This document shows positions 49,801 through 59,990 of a DNA stretch of 64,000 nt, one piece after another. Source of the stretch: Octopus sinensis (lineage: Eukaryota); assembly GCF_006345805.1 (NCBI RefSeq), contig NC_042999.1, forward strand, positions 35,526,001 through 35,590,000, given 5' to 3'. A program made the translations under genes and the position numbers. Each line of letters starts with the position of its first letter. Within the stretch, counting starts at the first letter, position 1. The notes beneath the pieces were generated by a model. The model was not told the DNA's origin. It ran no database searches and saw only the letters and a list, made by a program, of their open reading frames with translations.

Positions 49801-52800
49801 TAGTACATTGGACAGGGTGCCTAGTAGCATTCGATCTGGTTCTGTATTTTGAGTTCAAATCCCACTATAGCCTACTTAACCCTTTAGTGTTTAAACCAGC
49901 CATATCAGGCCAAAATTGTCTTCCTGTTTTATGCTCAAACCAGCCAGCTCTGACCTCTCACACCTACCCTACAAAGTCATTCTAAAAATAAACAGGGACA
50001 TCATCAAAATCTCAGAGTTACAAGATGCTGTACAATTAATTTTAAACAATGTAATTAAACAGGCTTTACATTTGACAGCGTAATCTGAATGCTAAAGGGT
50101 TAAGCAACAGACTTAATCCATCACTCAGATTCCTACCACCACCTCGACATTGGGGGCTTATTTTAGTTGAGGAGTTCAACCATTCAGACCATGTTGCCAG
50201 TTTGATAATACTTCCCTTTTCCTCTAGCACCCATGTCAGCAGCCCTTTAGAAGTTCATAGGCAATGCCCTTCCCTTTTATTAAGTGATAAAAGCTCATCA
50301 TCATTATTATCATTTAATGTCCACTTTCCCTACTGACATGGTTTGGATGGTTTGAGAGGGAGCCAGCAAGCTGCAGGGCCGTGTTGATCTCCAATGTCAT
50401 CTCTGGCATGGTTTCTATGGCTGGATGCCCTTCCTAATGCCAACCACTGTATAGAGTGTACTGGGTACTTTTTTTGTAGCACTGGCACTACCACTTCACA
50501 GTGTACTGGGTGCTTTTTCATGCCACAGATTCTATGCAAAACACATTTCACAGTAATTCTCATGACAAGTATGGGTTAGATAAATAACGCTAATTACTTT
50601 GTGTCCAACTAAACCCGGTTGCTTATGTTTCCAACAGTGTTCCAAAGTTTTCTTCCTATATTCATAAAGCTCATATCCAGACCCAAAACAACTGTTAAGG
50701 CAGTCAAGTCACTTATTGTCATCTCCTTATACAATTTTTTTCTTTAGCCTTACATTATTTATATCACGTGACTGACCAGACCATCAGATGTTGCTACACA
50801 TCGCTGGTCACAATGCGTTCGTATTGTTTTAGCCTTCGTACGACGCCACCCCACTGGCTAAGCGAGCAGGCCAACAGAAGAAAGTGGGAGAAAGAGTGGT
50901 GAAAGAGTACAGCAGGGATCACCACCCCCTGCCGGAGCCTCGTGGAGCTTTTAGGTGTTTTCGCTCAATAAACACACACAACGCCCGGTCTGGGAATCGA
51001 AACCGCGAGTCCACTGCCTTAACCACTGGGCCATTATTTATATACTGAGGCAAATTTTCTATGGCTGGATGCCCTACCTGTTGTCAATCCTTACCTCTTT
51101 CTAAGAAGGGTAATATTGCTCCATGGCCAAACATGTTCTCAGAGAATATTGGAAATATTCAAAAAACATTTTTTTCACTTGTTTCAGACTTTAAACTGTG
51201 GCCATGGTGGGGTACTGTCTTGAAGGGTTTAGTTGAAAAAATTGCCCACAGCACTTACTATTTTAAGCTTGGCACTTAATCTTTCAGTTTCTTCTTGTCA
51301 AATGCTCAGTTAAAGAGAGAAAAGAAGAAATCAAAAAGAAAAAAAAAGTTGAACTTACAGCAACCATCCACCAGTGTCGGATGCGGAATAATGCATATGC
51401 TAAAATCAGCAGCACAAAGCGTACAGCAGCAGACATCTTGATTTGGAGAGAAAAGACAGAGAGGTTAATGGTAAACAAAATTCTATGTGTAGCTGTGTAT
51501 GTGTATATGTATGCATGTAAGCAAACAGAAGTATGTGTATTTGCATATATGTGAACACATGCATGCATTTAACTGAATTGCAAAGAACAACATTCTACTA
51601 TGTACCAGCAACATTCTACTATGTACCACACTTTGATAATCATTAGTACAACTACATCCTGTATTGCAGTTTTGTGCCTGTTCTGTTGATGCTTTAACCT
51701 TCTTTCTTTGGTTTTTAGCTTTAATCCTTTAGTATTCAGATTATTCTGTCGAATGTAAAACTTATTCATTCACATCGTTTTTAATTTATCATTCATTATC
51801 TCATACCTCTGAGACTTTAATGATGTGACTGTACTTTTAGAATGACATTGTTAGGTAGGTGTAAGAGGCTGGATCTGACTAGTTTGAACATAAAATAGGG
51901 CCGGATATAGCTGGTTTAAATGCTAAAGGGTTAAATATACAAGAAAGAAATATTTTACTGGATATGAAACTACTTTATTAAAACCAAGTTTCCACAAAGC
52001 TGTTTGGCTTCTACGCTCCGGCTGGCCAACCAACCAGCCAGCTTGCCAGCCAGCCGGCCAAGCTGTGAATGTAGAATTAACTATCCAATAAACAGACATA
52101 CTAAAACAGCTACTTTCAATCATGAGCTCCAACCCAAATCTTAAAAAAATAATAAAATCTATATATATAAAACTCAACTTGTGTGTCTGTGTGTATCTGT
52201 GTGTGTGTCTGTGTGTTTAACTTCCCGGCACATCTCCTCCTAGCCAACAAATCGTAGAACCACCAAAAATGGGTCACTTAAAGTTTAGGCGAATGAAAAT
52301 TGAACTGTGCTATTTCTGTTCCGAAATTCATCTCACAAGTGCAAAAATCGATAATGTGCTTGTTTAGGCCTTATCCCATGCATTGAATAGTGAACTTTAC
52401 TCAGTCAGCTGTTTGACGTGAACTGTGTTCACCACGCGTGCAAGCATGCGTAAATTGCATGAAAAATAAAAAATCAAGATATAAAAACGAATCGCCGTAA
52501 ACATTGTAGAAATTCGGCAAAGAAATGAATTTTTGGGATGTAGCCTGGAGGGTTTTTTCGTATTAACTGTTTGGACTTTGTGAACACATACCAATTGTTT
52601 TCATAACATTTTTAACGCTTTGAATTAAATGTGACCATTTTGTGTTGAGTCTGCAGTTTGAATCACTTTAACCAAATTTTAGCAGGCCGAATTTTTGATC
52701 ATCACGATACATCGCCAGCGACTCCCTGAAACTCTCCCCTGAAATCCCCGTTAAGAAATACTGATCTAAAAGAATAATTCAACAATGCAATTATTTGATC

Positions 52801-55800
52801 AACAAAAATTTATGAAACGCTTCTACGTACTTCCTATTGAGGAAATGGAACACATAAGCGCAAAAATAGAGGGCATTAAATGCTTGATTTTAAAACCAAA
52901 ATAATTGAATTTTGATTGAACTTCATCCAAGTTTAGCTTAATTCGTGTGTGCATAGAACGCACAAGCCGGGCAATACTGCTAGTAATATATAAAAATGTT
53001 TGCATGTTTTTTTTTTCCCTTCAGTTATTTTGCCTCAATACATTTGACAAGACAGACTTCACTATACAATATATTTCACAAATTAAATTTATTGTTGGGT
53101 CTCACAGAGGCAATGACAAATGACCGAAACCTTTGACAACATGCCGTGCTTGAGAAGAAGATCCATTGAGCCAAGTGAAATCATAGTCGTGGCGGATACT
53201 GGTGTCACACAACTGGCACCCATACCGGTGGCACATAAAAGCACCCATTACATTCTAGGAATAGATAGCATTAGGAAAGGCATCTAGCCATAGAAACCAC
53301 GCCAAATCAGACTGGAGTCTGGTGCAGTGCCTCAGCTTACCAGCCCTGGTCAAACCATCCAACCCATGCCAGCATGGACAACGGACATTAAAAGATGATG
53401 AAGATTGTGTACACAATAATGTACGTTTGACACAGAGTCTATCAGCTTCCACTTTAAATTATACAATAAACTAGAAATTACTGAACTATAATACTGTACA
53501 ATTGTCTTGCCACTATATACTGTACTACTGTTATACAACTATATATAGTAATGTTGGATTCAAATTTTGGCACAAGATCATTAAGTTTAGAGGAGGGGTT
53601 AAATCGACTGCATCAACCCCGGTGCTCAACTGGTACTTATTTTATCGACCCTGAATGGACGAAAGGCAAAGTGACCTTGGCGGAATTTGAACTGAGAACA
53701 TAAAGGCAGATGAAATGCTGCTAAGAATTTTAACCAGCATGCTAATGATTCTGCCAGCTCGCCACCCTCTAAAAATAATAATAATAATTCTTTTTTACTA
53801 TAGGCACAAGGCCAGAAATTTGGGGGAGGGGATAATCGATTAGATTGATCCCAGTTCTTCACTGGTGCTTATTTTATCAACCTCAAAAAGATGAATGGCA
53901 AAGTTGACCTTGGTGGAATTTGAACTGAGAATGTAAAAAGACAGACAAAAATGCTGCTAAACATTTTACATGGCAAGCTAATGTTTCTGCCAGCTCATCG
54001 CCCTACTATATACGGTAATGTTGACAAACCACTCTGTACTGGCTGAACCCAAAACCATGTGGTTGGAAAACAAACTTCTTACTACACACACACAAATTTT
54101 GTATATCATCATCATCATTTAACGTTCGCTTTCCATCCTAGCATGGGTTGGACGATTTTGACTGAGGGCTAGCAAACCAGATGGCTGCACCAGGCTCCAA
54201 TCTTGATCTGGCAGAGTTTCTACAGCTGGATGCCCTTCCTAACGCTAACTACTCCGAGAGCGTAGTGGGTGCTTTTGCATGCCACCGGCATGAGGGCCAG
54301 TTAGGCGGTACTGGCAACTGCCACGAAAAATTCATGTTTTTTTTTTACGTGCCACCTGCACACCAGCACAAGTGCCAGTAAGGAAACACTGGTAATGATC
54401 ACGCTCGAATGGTGCTTTTTACGTGCCACTGGCACGAATGCCAGTTAGCTGCTCTGGCACGAACACCAGTTCGCCACTGTAGCCATATATTTGAACAAAT
54501 ATGTCATGGGTTAATATTTTGTAATTTCAATGCACATTGATTTTTCAAGACTATCAGTATACATACATACACACATAGATTAGAGAAAGAAAAACAAATA
54601 AATAAGATTAAAATATAGATACTCACTACTATATCAAACATAGAATAATGAATATCATAGTTTAAGACTTCATTTTTATACGAGTCAGTCTTACTTGCAC
54701 TTAATATCTAAAACAGAGAAGAGAGAAAAAATAAAAATTTATCATACATTTATTATACAAAGTGTCAGATACAGAGTTAAAAAGGGAGTCAATTTATAGA
54801 GTTTAAGTAGAAAATTGAAATATTATATGCAGGCCTGTCACCAAACTCTGTTGCCTGGGGTGCTTTAGAATATTCTGGGTGGGCACTAATTTGAACTGGG
54901 GAAAGATTTTTGTAAACTGTATTTTCTAAATCTGAGAGTGCACCATTGGAGGCAGTGATGTTCAGTGCACCCCCATAGCAACAGGCGTGTTTATATGATA
55001 GGCCTTGTAGTTTTCCCTAGTACAGTAAAACTTCAATTAGAATTGTAGGCATATTAGTAACCAAAGTAGGAAAATAGCAATTTACAGATATTAACTAAAT
55101 TACTGGTAATTTTAAGATGTTATAAGTCAAATTAGTTTCGGTCTTGTGTTGGTTTCATTATTAACTGAGTACTCATTTTATCTATCTATGGAGATACAGG
55201 TTGTCCACTGCTATTGCTAAGGACTCCAGTACATTAGATAGACCAATTTGCATCTATAAGATATACTTTATTTTCCAGCATACAAGACAGATTCTTCAGG
55301 CCAAAATTTACAGCCAAAAACAGGTCAATTTTAACACCAAGATGTCTCCTACTATAGCCCTGGGCTATAGTAGAACACACTCACCCAAGCTGCCATGCAG
55401 TTGGATTGAAACCGAAACTATGCCAGCACCTGTATGTGTGTGTCTGTGTGTATATGTGTGTATGTATGTATGTATGTATGTATGTATGTATGTATGTATG
55501 TATGTATGTATGTGTGTATATATATAATATATATAGAGAGAGTCCACGAAAAAACAAAAGACGAAAACAGGTGGTGTAGAAAACAAACAGATGCATTAGT
55601 ATAACGCTCAGGAATTGAAAAAGTCTTTTACGTTTCGAGCCTACGCTCTTCTACAGAAAGGGACACAGAAAAAAACAAGGAGAGAAAAAAAATGTGTGTA
55701 GTGGCTACCGATCTATCATGGCGATATATATATATATATATATGAAAAGTATTGGTATTAAGAAGACCCAAGATGGCAGGTAAGGCTATGTAAGTGCTAT

Positions 55801-58407
55801 GGGAGGACTGTAGTTAGACTCTTGGTTCAATAACAATATGAGTGAGGAGTCTAATGCGGGTCTTGTGTGAGCATGTATATGTTAAATAAAATGAGACAAC
55901 AAAGCCAATGCTGTGTAGAATTTATAGGACATTTATAAAAAGGAAGATAGTCTTACAGCTGTTTCTGGGACATCAGGGATATCCCTTCATCAGAGACGAT
56001 ATGAGAGAGTTAACTAGAGGGAAAAACTATCGGAATCTACATACCAAGGACAAGAAGCATTTCTACCCATTCTGCATAGCATTTTCCTTGGATAATGGAA
56101 CTGCAACTGTAACATCCTACATATATTTTTACTTATATATTTTATTCACTTATTTTCCCTTTATACATCTAGACTCCTTCCTCTCTTTCGTTAAATCCTT
56201 CCATCCTGCCCTCCACTTCACCTGCACTATCTCCAACACCTCTGTCTCCTTTCTTGGCATTTCGGTCAGCATTCATCACTCCACTCTTACCACCTTCATT
56301 CACTACAAACACATAGACTCACACTCATACCTAAACTTCTCCTCCTCCCACCCCAAACACACCAAGCTTTCCATCCCCTATTCCCAATTCCTCCATCTAT
56401 GTAGGCTCTGTAATGACGACCATGTTTCTGAGACTCAGTCTCAACTCATGGCTTGCCACTTCATCCTACGTGGATACCCCCTCACCACTATCCATACCGC
56501 CCTTGCCAGAGCATGTTCCATAGACCGTGCATCTGCTCTCTCCCCCCCCCGAACCTGCCCTGCAGTCTCCTGCCTCCCTTTTCCCCTCACTTACCACCCC
56601 ACCACCCTACCTCTCCAACGCACCATTCTTCAAGCTTTCCGGCATCTCCAGTCCGACCTGTCCACTTCACACATCTTTCCTAACCGACCCCTCCCCTCCT
56701 TCAAACGAGCCCATAACCTACAAGACCTCTTGGTCCACAGCTTCTTCCCCAACTCTACCTCCCAACATGGTTCGTTCCCCTGCTCCCGCCCACGCTGCCG
56801 CACTTGCCCATACCTCTCCAACACCACCCTCCTCACCGGCACCCATCGTTGACCCTATCGCATCATCAACTCCTTCACCTGCACCTTCAGCAATATCATC
56901 TATTGCATTTCCTGCTCTTTCTGCCATTCCCTGTACATCAGACAAACGGGACGCCGCTTGGCTGACCGGTTCGCGGAACACCTGCGAGACATCCGCCTCG
57001 GCAATGACATCCCAGTCTCACGCCATTTCTGCTCCACCGGTCACTCCTTGCAACACCTGTCTGTGTTCGGATTGTCCTTGCACAGAGGCCATCCAGACTC
57101 CCGCCTGTGCCGTGAACAGGGATTAATCTTCTCTCTTCACTCTTTTACGCCATTGGGCTCAACTCTCCTCCCCTTTTCATCTAACCTCCTCCCAGACACC
57201 TACTTCTCTTCCCTCCTACATCTTTTCACTCCTACTCTCTTTCCCCTTCTTCCCTCTTTTCCCCTACTCTCTTCTCCCTTCTTTCTTTCTCTCTGCTCTC
57301 TCACTCTCCTTCTCTCCCCCTCCCTCCTCCTCCCCCTCTCTTCTCTCCTCACATACCCACAACACCCCTCCCCCATAAACCCATCCACCCACCCCTACTC
57401 CACCTTCCCACCCCACCCTCCCCCACATACATCACCCCTATCCCACACATACCTCACCTCTACCTACCCACAACCCCACTCTACCCTAACCCCCAGCCGA
57501 ACCCACACCCCACCTGTGCTTTCCCCACTCTCACCTCCCCCACCTCCCCACCAACATTACACATCACATCACAACACACCACCCACACACCCATCCCTAC
57601 ATCTTTACACCTACACATGCATACTCTTATACACACATGCACCTTTGTGTTGGGGGCTCCTTTGTATTGGAGGTCATCTTGACCTTGTTATCTCCCCTAC
57701 TTCCCCTCTCCTGCCTGACCATTCTGTCTGAAATTAGACGCCATGATAGATCGTTAGCTACTACAACACATTTTTTTTCTCTCCTTGTTTTTTTCTGTGT
57801 ATCTTTCTGTAGAAGAGCGTAGGCTCGAAACATAAAAGACTTTTTCTATTCCTGAGCGCTATACTAATACATTTGTTTGTTTGTACTCCACCTGCCTTTG
57901 TCTTTTGTTTATTTTCGTAAACTTTCCCTTTATATATATATATATATATATACTCTCTTTTACTTGTTTCAGTCATTTGGCTGTGGCCATGCTGGAGCAC
58001 TGCCTTTAGTCGAACAAATTGGCCCCAGGACTTATTCTTTGTAAGCCTAGTACTTATTTTATTGGTCTCTTTTGCCGAACTGCAAAGTTACAGGGACGCA
58101 AACACACCAGTATCGACTGTCAAGTGATGTTGGGGGGAACAAACACAGACACAGAAACACACAGACACACATATATACGGCGGGCTTCTTTCAGTTGGTC
58201 AGTCTGAGGCTATAGTAGAAGACACTTGCCCAAGGTGCCACACAGTGGGATTGAACCTAGAACCATGTGGGTGGTAAGCATGCTACTTACCACACAGCCA
58301 CAACAATTTACAGCCAAGAAATATAGCTCAATTTTAACACCCAGAATTGAATTTATAATTGTTCAATTTATTGTTTTGTTTTCCATTTTATATATATATA
58401 TATATAT

Positions 58408-58444
<37 letters not shown>

Positions 58445-58697
58445 TTGTATACTGTCAACTTAACGTGACAGTCCTGTAAGGGAATTACACCACCGCTGTT
58501 TAGCCCTAGGAAGCATCGACGCTTCCTGTCAGCCTTGACATATTGATGCTTCCTAGGGCTAAACAGCAGTGGTGTAATTCCCTTACAGGACTGTCACGTT
58601 AAGTTGACAATATACAACCACTCTATCACTCCACCACCATACATATCTCTATGAGATATTTAGAAATTTAATATTTCTGATATATATATATATATAT

Positions 58698-58749
<52 letters not shown>

Positions 58750-59786
58750 TTGTATACTGTCAACTTAACGTGACAGTCCTGTAAGGGAATTACACCACCG
58801 CTGTTTAGCCCTAGGAAGCATCGACGCTTCCTGTCAGCCTTGACATATTGATGCTTCCTAGGGCTAAACAGCAGTGGTGTAATTCCCTTACAGGACTGTC
58901 ACGTTAAGTTGACAATATACAACCACTCTATCACTCCACCACCATACATATCTCTATGAGATATTTAGAAATTTAATATTTCTGATATATATATATATAT
59001 ATATATTTGCAAAATGTGAGAAAGCAAAAGGTGGAGACTTTCAGATGAGGAATTTTTAAGTATAAATATATAGATATTAATAGTAACAGGTTCAACTTAC
59101 ACAGAGTAAAAACTATAAAGAAAATTAAAGGGGCGGAAGAACATATATAAGTGTATATGTGTGTGTGTATATATATATATATTTCTTTACTACCCACAAG
59201 GGGCTAAACATGGAGGGGACAAACAAGGACAGACAAAGGGATTAAGTCGATTATATCGACCCCAGTGCGTAACTGGTACTTAATTTATCGACCCCGAAAG
59301 GATGAAAGGCAAAGTCGACCTCGGCGGAATTTGAACTCGGAACGTAACGACAGACGAAATACGGCTACGCAGGTCGCCCGGCGTGCTAACGTTTCTGCCA
59401 GCTCGCCGCCTTATATATATACACACACACACATATGTATATATATACACACACACACACACACACATGTATATATCACCTGTATACACACACACACACA
59501 TATATATATATATACTCGTACATATATACAACACACACACATACATGAAACATAAATAACAGTGATAAGTCATAGTTTTTAAATATAAAAATATGAAATA
59601 GGAACATACCTGAGTGTATATTATCCAAATGACAACTGTAAAGATGATGTCAAATGTTGCAATCAAACAGAAGGTACGTCTGACGGGAGACATTTTGCCA
59701 TCAGGTCCCTCGGCCCCAACTTCAGCTTCGACACTGGTAGTTGCAAAATTAGACATACTGGAAGAAAACATTTTTGAATTAGCCAT
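23654..59786 (-). CDS. STARD3: StAR-related lipid transfer protein 3 (MLN64; MENTAL + START domains), ~450 aa; complement join(59610..59786,54627..54707,51359..51436,49161..49214,44301..44421,39395..39511,38350..38429,32884..33045,30800..30895,29626..29810,27519..27612,23654..23761)
   Basis: MENTAL motifs [23 protein letters not shown] and [15 protein letters not shown]; START motifs [20 protein letters not shown] and NTNLKGMLPQ. The twelve GT-AG exons sum to 1353 nt (450 codons plus stop) with consistent phases. The start ATG is inferred. Confidence 0.93.
25242..25426. mobile_element. Fold-back RTE tail insertion inside a tRNA-derived SINE, with AATTC target duplication
   Basis: ~62-bp arms share subfamily-diagnostic bases; aattc at 25237-25241 and 25427-25431. 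Confidence 0.8.
26320..26666 (+). mobile_element. RTE 3' tail fragment
   Basis: 3' UTR modules and tail. Confidence 0.85.
27060..27451 (-). mobile_element. SINE family A, full length
   Basis: Head to tail present. Confidence 0.9.
27519..27612 (-). CDS. STARD3: STARD3 coding exon (94 nt)
   Basis: tttcag|(R)[31 protein letters not shown]|gtaaga. Confidence 0.93.
28322..28735 (+). mobile_element. CR1-group LINE 3' end
   Basis: [24 protein letters not shown]...RLRGHSEKL...[13 protein letters not shown] followed by a (ctaa)n tail. Confidence 0.88.
29626..29810 (-). CDS. STARD3: STARD3 coding exon (185 nt)
   Basis: ttgcag|[35 protein letters not shown]...PPVDKCV|gtatgt. Confidence 0.93.
30800..30895 (-). 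CDS. STARD3: STARD3 coding exon (96 nt)
   Basis: gtgaag|[32 protein letters not shown]|gtaata. Confidence 0.9.
31283..31502. mobile_element. piggyBac-type MITE (CCCTTTCGTTAC TIR, TTAA TSD)
   Basis: TIRs and TSD visible. Confidence 0.85.
32884..33045 (-). CDS. STARD3: STARD3 coding exon (162 nt, START N-terminus)
   Basis: ttccag|[29 protein letters not shown]...KIFFLQ|gtaaga. Confidence 0.9.
33080..33300. mobile_element. TTAA-type MITE, family 2, degraded
   Basis: ttaa|cccataagcatt...aatactgaaggg|taaa. Confidence 0.65.
33793..34162 (+). mobile_element. SINE family A, near full length
   Basis: Head has a small deletion; (aaagagt)n tail. Confidence 0.9.
34422..34931 (+). mobile_element. SINE family A with four tandem copies of its 5' end
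   Basis: 24-25 bp units start at 34422, 34446, 34471 and 34496. Confidence 0.9.
35493..36566 (+). mobile_element. Internally deleted piggyBac transposon
   Basis: TTAA|CCCTTTCGTTAC...GTAACGAAAGGG|TTAA. ORF 35772 has an acidic N-terminus followed by LDYFFLLF...[10 protein letters not shown] and [10 protein letters not shown], typical of a PGBD transposase N-terminus. Confidence 0.88.
36852..37262 (-). mobile_element. SINE family A, full length
   Basis: Head to tail present. Confidence 0.9.
37520..37840 (-). mobile_element. tRNA-derived SINE family C
   Basis: Minus-strand head gtggcttagtggttagggtattcagc...gttcaattcct, then gtgtccttgaacaagacact and ccactcagctggcaaaaatgag. Confidence 0.75.
38350..38429 (-). 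CDS. STARD3: STARD3 coding exon (80 nt, linker)
   Basis: atatag|(S)[26 protein letters not shown]|gtaagt; restores the frame. Confidence 0.85.
39395..39511 (-). CDS. STARD3: STARD3 coding exon (117 nt, linker)
   Basis: ctttag|(R)[38 protein letters not shown]|gtaagt. Confidence 0.9.
39694..40313 (-). mobile_element. Internally deleted Tc1/mariner-superfamily transposon
   Basis: TIRs CAGGATGTTCAAAAAGTCTCT and AGAGACTTTTTGAACACCCTG with TA on the left; ORF 39841-40287 has an HTH region with [16 protein letters not shown]. Confidence 0.85.
40391..42988 (-). mobile_element. RTE-clade non-LTR retrotransposon, 5'-truncated (no APE domain), uninterrupted 612-aa ORF2 remnant, in a STARD3 intron
   Basis: ORF 41079..42917 has RT motifs (KAPGPSG, QFGFVPG, DMEKAFD, YADD), a C4HC3 finger and an RTE-type C-terminus ([21 protein letters not shown]). 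It ends in a (GAT)n tail and is flanked by (TA)n on both sides. Confidence 0.95.
40560..40900. repeat. ~62-67 bp tandem modules inside an RTE 3' UTR
   Basis: Four near-identical and two divergent units sharing ttttatgtgccacc. Confidence 0.9.
43425..43759. mobile_element. Long-TIR (fold-back) MITE within (TA)n
   Basis: ~115-bp imperfect inverted arms tataattaagggcatagaaa.../...tttctatgcccttaattata. Confidence 0.8.
43885..44033 (-). mobile_element. SINE family A, 5' half
   Basis: tctaccaaatccactcacaag...cacacagccatgcttgcacct. Confidence 0.75.
44066..44265. repeat. Long compound (TG)n/(TA)n microsatellite
   Basis: Read directly; similar tracts at 43250-43420, 43860, 55435-55535 and 58680. Confidence 0.95.
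44301..44421 (-). CDS. STARD3: STARD3 coding exon (121 nt)
   Basis: taacag|[40 protein letters not shown]+A|gtaagt. Confidence 0.93.
44510..45000 (+). mobile_element. Helitron-like element (3' end clear, 5' end uncertain)
   Basis: cccgagcaatgccaggtatctctgCTAG|T terminus. Confidence 0.55.
45140..45420. repeat. Microsatellite-bounded tandem duplication (~110-bp unit)
   Basis: attttgtgtaatttgatttagtattt...ccctcatattat occurs twice. Confidence 0.85.
46560..46987 (-). mobile_element. SINE family A, full length
   Basis: Head to tail present. Confidence 0.9.
47060..47850 (+). mobile_element. Degraded mariner transposase relic
   Basis: cctccttactctcttggccttgctccatctgactatcatctcttcaga = [16 protein letters not shown] (mariner YSPDLAPSDY motif). 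Confidence 0.75.
47950..48141 (-). mobile_element. SINE family A-related, 5' half
   Basis: gtgggactgaacccgaaaccatg...cacacagccatgcccgtgcct. Confidence 0.75.
49161..49214 (-). CDS. STARD3: STARD3 coding exon (54 nt)
   Basis: tttcag|[18 protein letters not shown]|gtaagt. Confidence 0.9.
49880..50099. mobile_element. Second TTAA-type MITE family (CCCTTTAGCATT TIR)
   Basis: ttaa|ccctttagtg...aatgctaaaggg|ttaa; relatives at ~20430, 21720, 33080-33300 and 51725-51930. Confidence 0.8.
50765..51035 (-). mobile_element. tRNA-derived SINE family D
   Basis: Minus-strand head tggcccagtggttaaggcagtggac...ggtttcgattccc. Confidence 0.7.
51359..51436 (-). CDS. STARD3: STARD3 coding exon (78 nt)
   Basis: atcaag|[26 protein letters not shown]|gtaagt. 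Confidence 0.92.
51725..51930. mobile_element. TTAA-type MITE, family 2
   Basis: ttaa|tcctttagtatt...aatgctaaaggg|ttaa. Confidence 0.75.
52158..52983 (+). mobile_element. Non-autonomous Helitron-like element
   Basis: A|TCtatatatataaaactcaacttgtgtg ... gccgggcaatactgCTAG|T; ends resemble the 10.7-kb element. Confidence 0.75.
53190..53402 (+). mobile_element. Older RTE 3' tail fragment
   Basis: gtggcacataaaagcaccc...catgccagcatgg...gatgatg. Confidence 0.75.
54107..54460 (-). mobile_element. RTE 3' tail fragment (same subfamily as the 25.2-kb fold-back)
   Basis: catcatcatttaacgttcgc...ttgactgagggctagcaaaccagatggc. Confidence 0.8.
54627..54707 (-). CDS. STARD3: STARD3 coding exon (81 nt)
   Basis: ttttag|[27 protein letters not shown]|gtgagt. 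Confidence 0.88.
55540..55723 (-). mobile_element. Penelope pLTR copy in inverted orientation
   Basis: Reverse complement of 57739-57930, roughly 85-90% identical by eye; sits within (TA)n. Confidence 0.85.
55623..55661 (-). ncRNA. Minimal type I hammerhead ribozyme motif (core variant CUGUAGA)
   Basis: CUUU-CUGUAGA-A-GAGC(GUAG)GCUC-GAAAC-GUA-AAAG: stem I CUUU/AAAG, 4-bp stem II, palindromic ACGU stem III. Confidence 0.65.
56160..57930 (+). mobile_element. Penelope-like element, 5'-truncated: RT thumb, GIY-YIG endonuclease, C-rich tract and terminal repeat (pLTR)
   Basis: [40 protein letters not shown] and NIIYCISC...[17 protein letters not shown] are all in one frame with a single stop at 56850-56852. 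pLTR at 57739-57930. Confidence 0.9.
57802..57840 (+). ncRNA. Minimal type I hammerhead motif, second copy (stem III G>A change)
   Basis: tctttCTGTAGAAGAGCGTAGGCTCGAAACATAAAAGA. Confidence 0.55.
57952..58280 (-). mobile_element. SINE family A with internal deletion
   Basis: Matches the family consensus. Confidence 0.85.
58439..58928. repeat. Two identical tandem copies (305-bp period) of a 185-bp palindromic MITE-like element
   Basis: 58439-58623 and 58744-58928; ~80-bp arms; bounded by (TA)n(GA)n. Confidence 0.9.
59182..59412 (-). mobile_element. tRNA-derived SINE family B (aggcggcgagctggcagaa head), young CpG-rich copy
   Basis: GTTCAAATTCC B box; degraded relatives at ~12655, 17540, 22507, 37935, 49780, 53600, 53830, 59808, 60000, 60560 and 62375. 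Confidence 0.85.
59610..59786 (-). CDS. STARD3: STARD3 first coding exon (start ATG tentative)
   Basis: [10 protein letters not shown]...[29 protein letters not shown]|gtatgt. Confidence 0.88.
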
Positions 59787-59807
59787 TATAATTACTGAAC
59801 TCAGAGT

Positions 59808-59990
59808 TGGCAAGCTGGCAGAATCGTTAACATGCTAGACAAAATGTTAGTGCTATTTCTTCTAGCTTTGTGTTGTGAGTTCAAATTCCACTGAGGTCAG
59901 CTTGGTGGTGTCATTTTTCTGGGATCAATGAAATAAGTACCAATTAAGTATTGTTGATAATGAAGATGAAATCAACTGGCCTGCTACCAT
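59808..59990 (+). mobile_element. SINE family B, degraded, abutting the STARD3 start
   Basis: ggcaagctggcagaatcgttaacatgctagacaaaatg...gagttcaaattcc. Confidence 0.75.

Noticed and set aside
54695-54707. 13-nt microexon using an internal GCAA|GTAAGA donor
   Set aside because: It would shift the frame, whereas the 81-nt exon ending at GTGAGT gives the expected MENTAL sequence. It remains a possible cryptic donor only.
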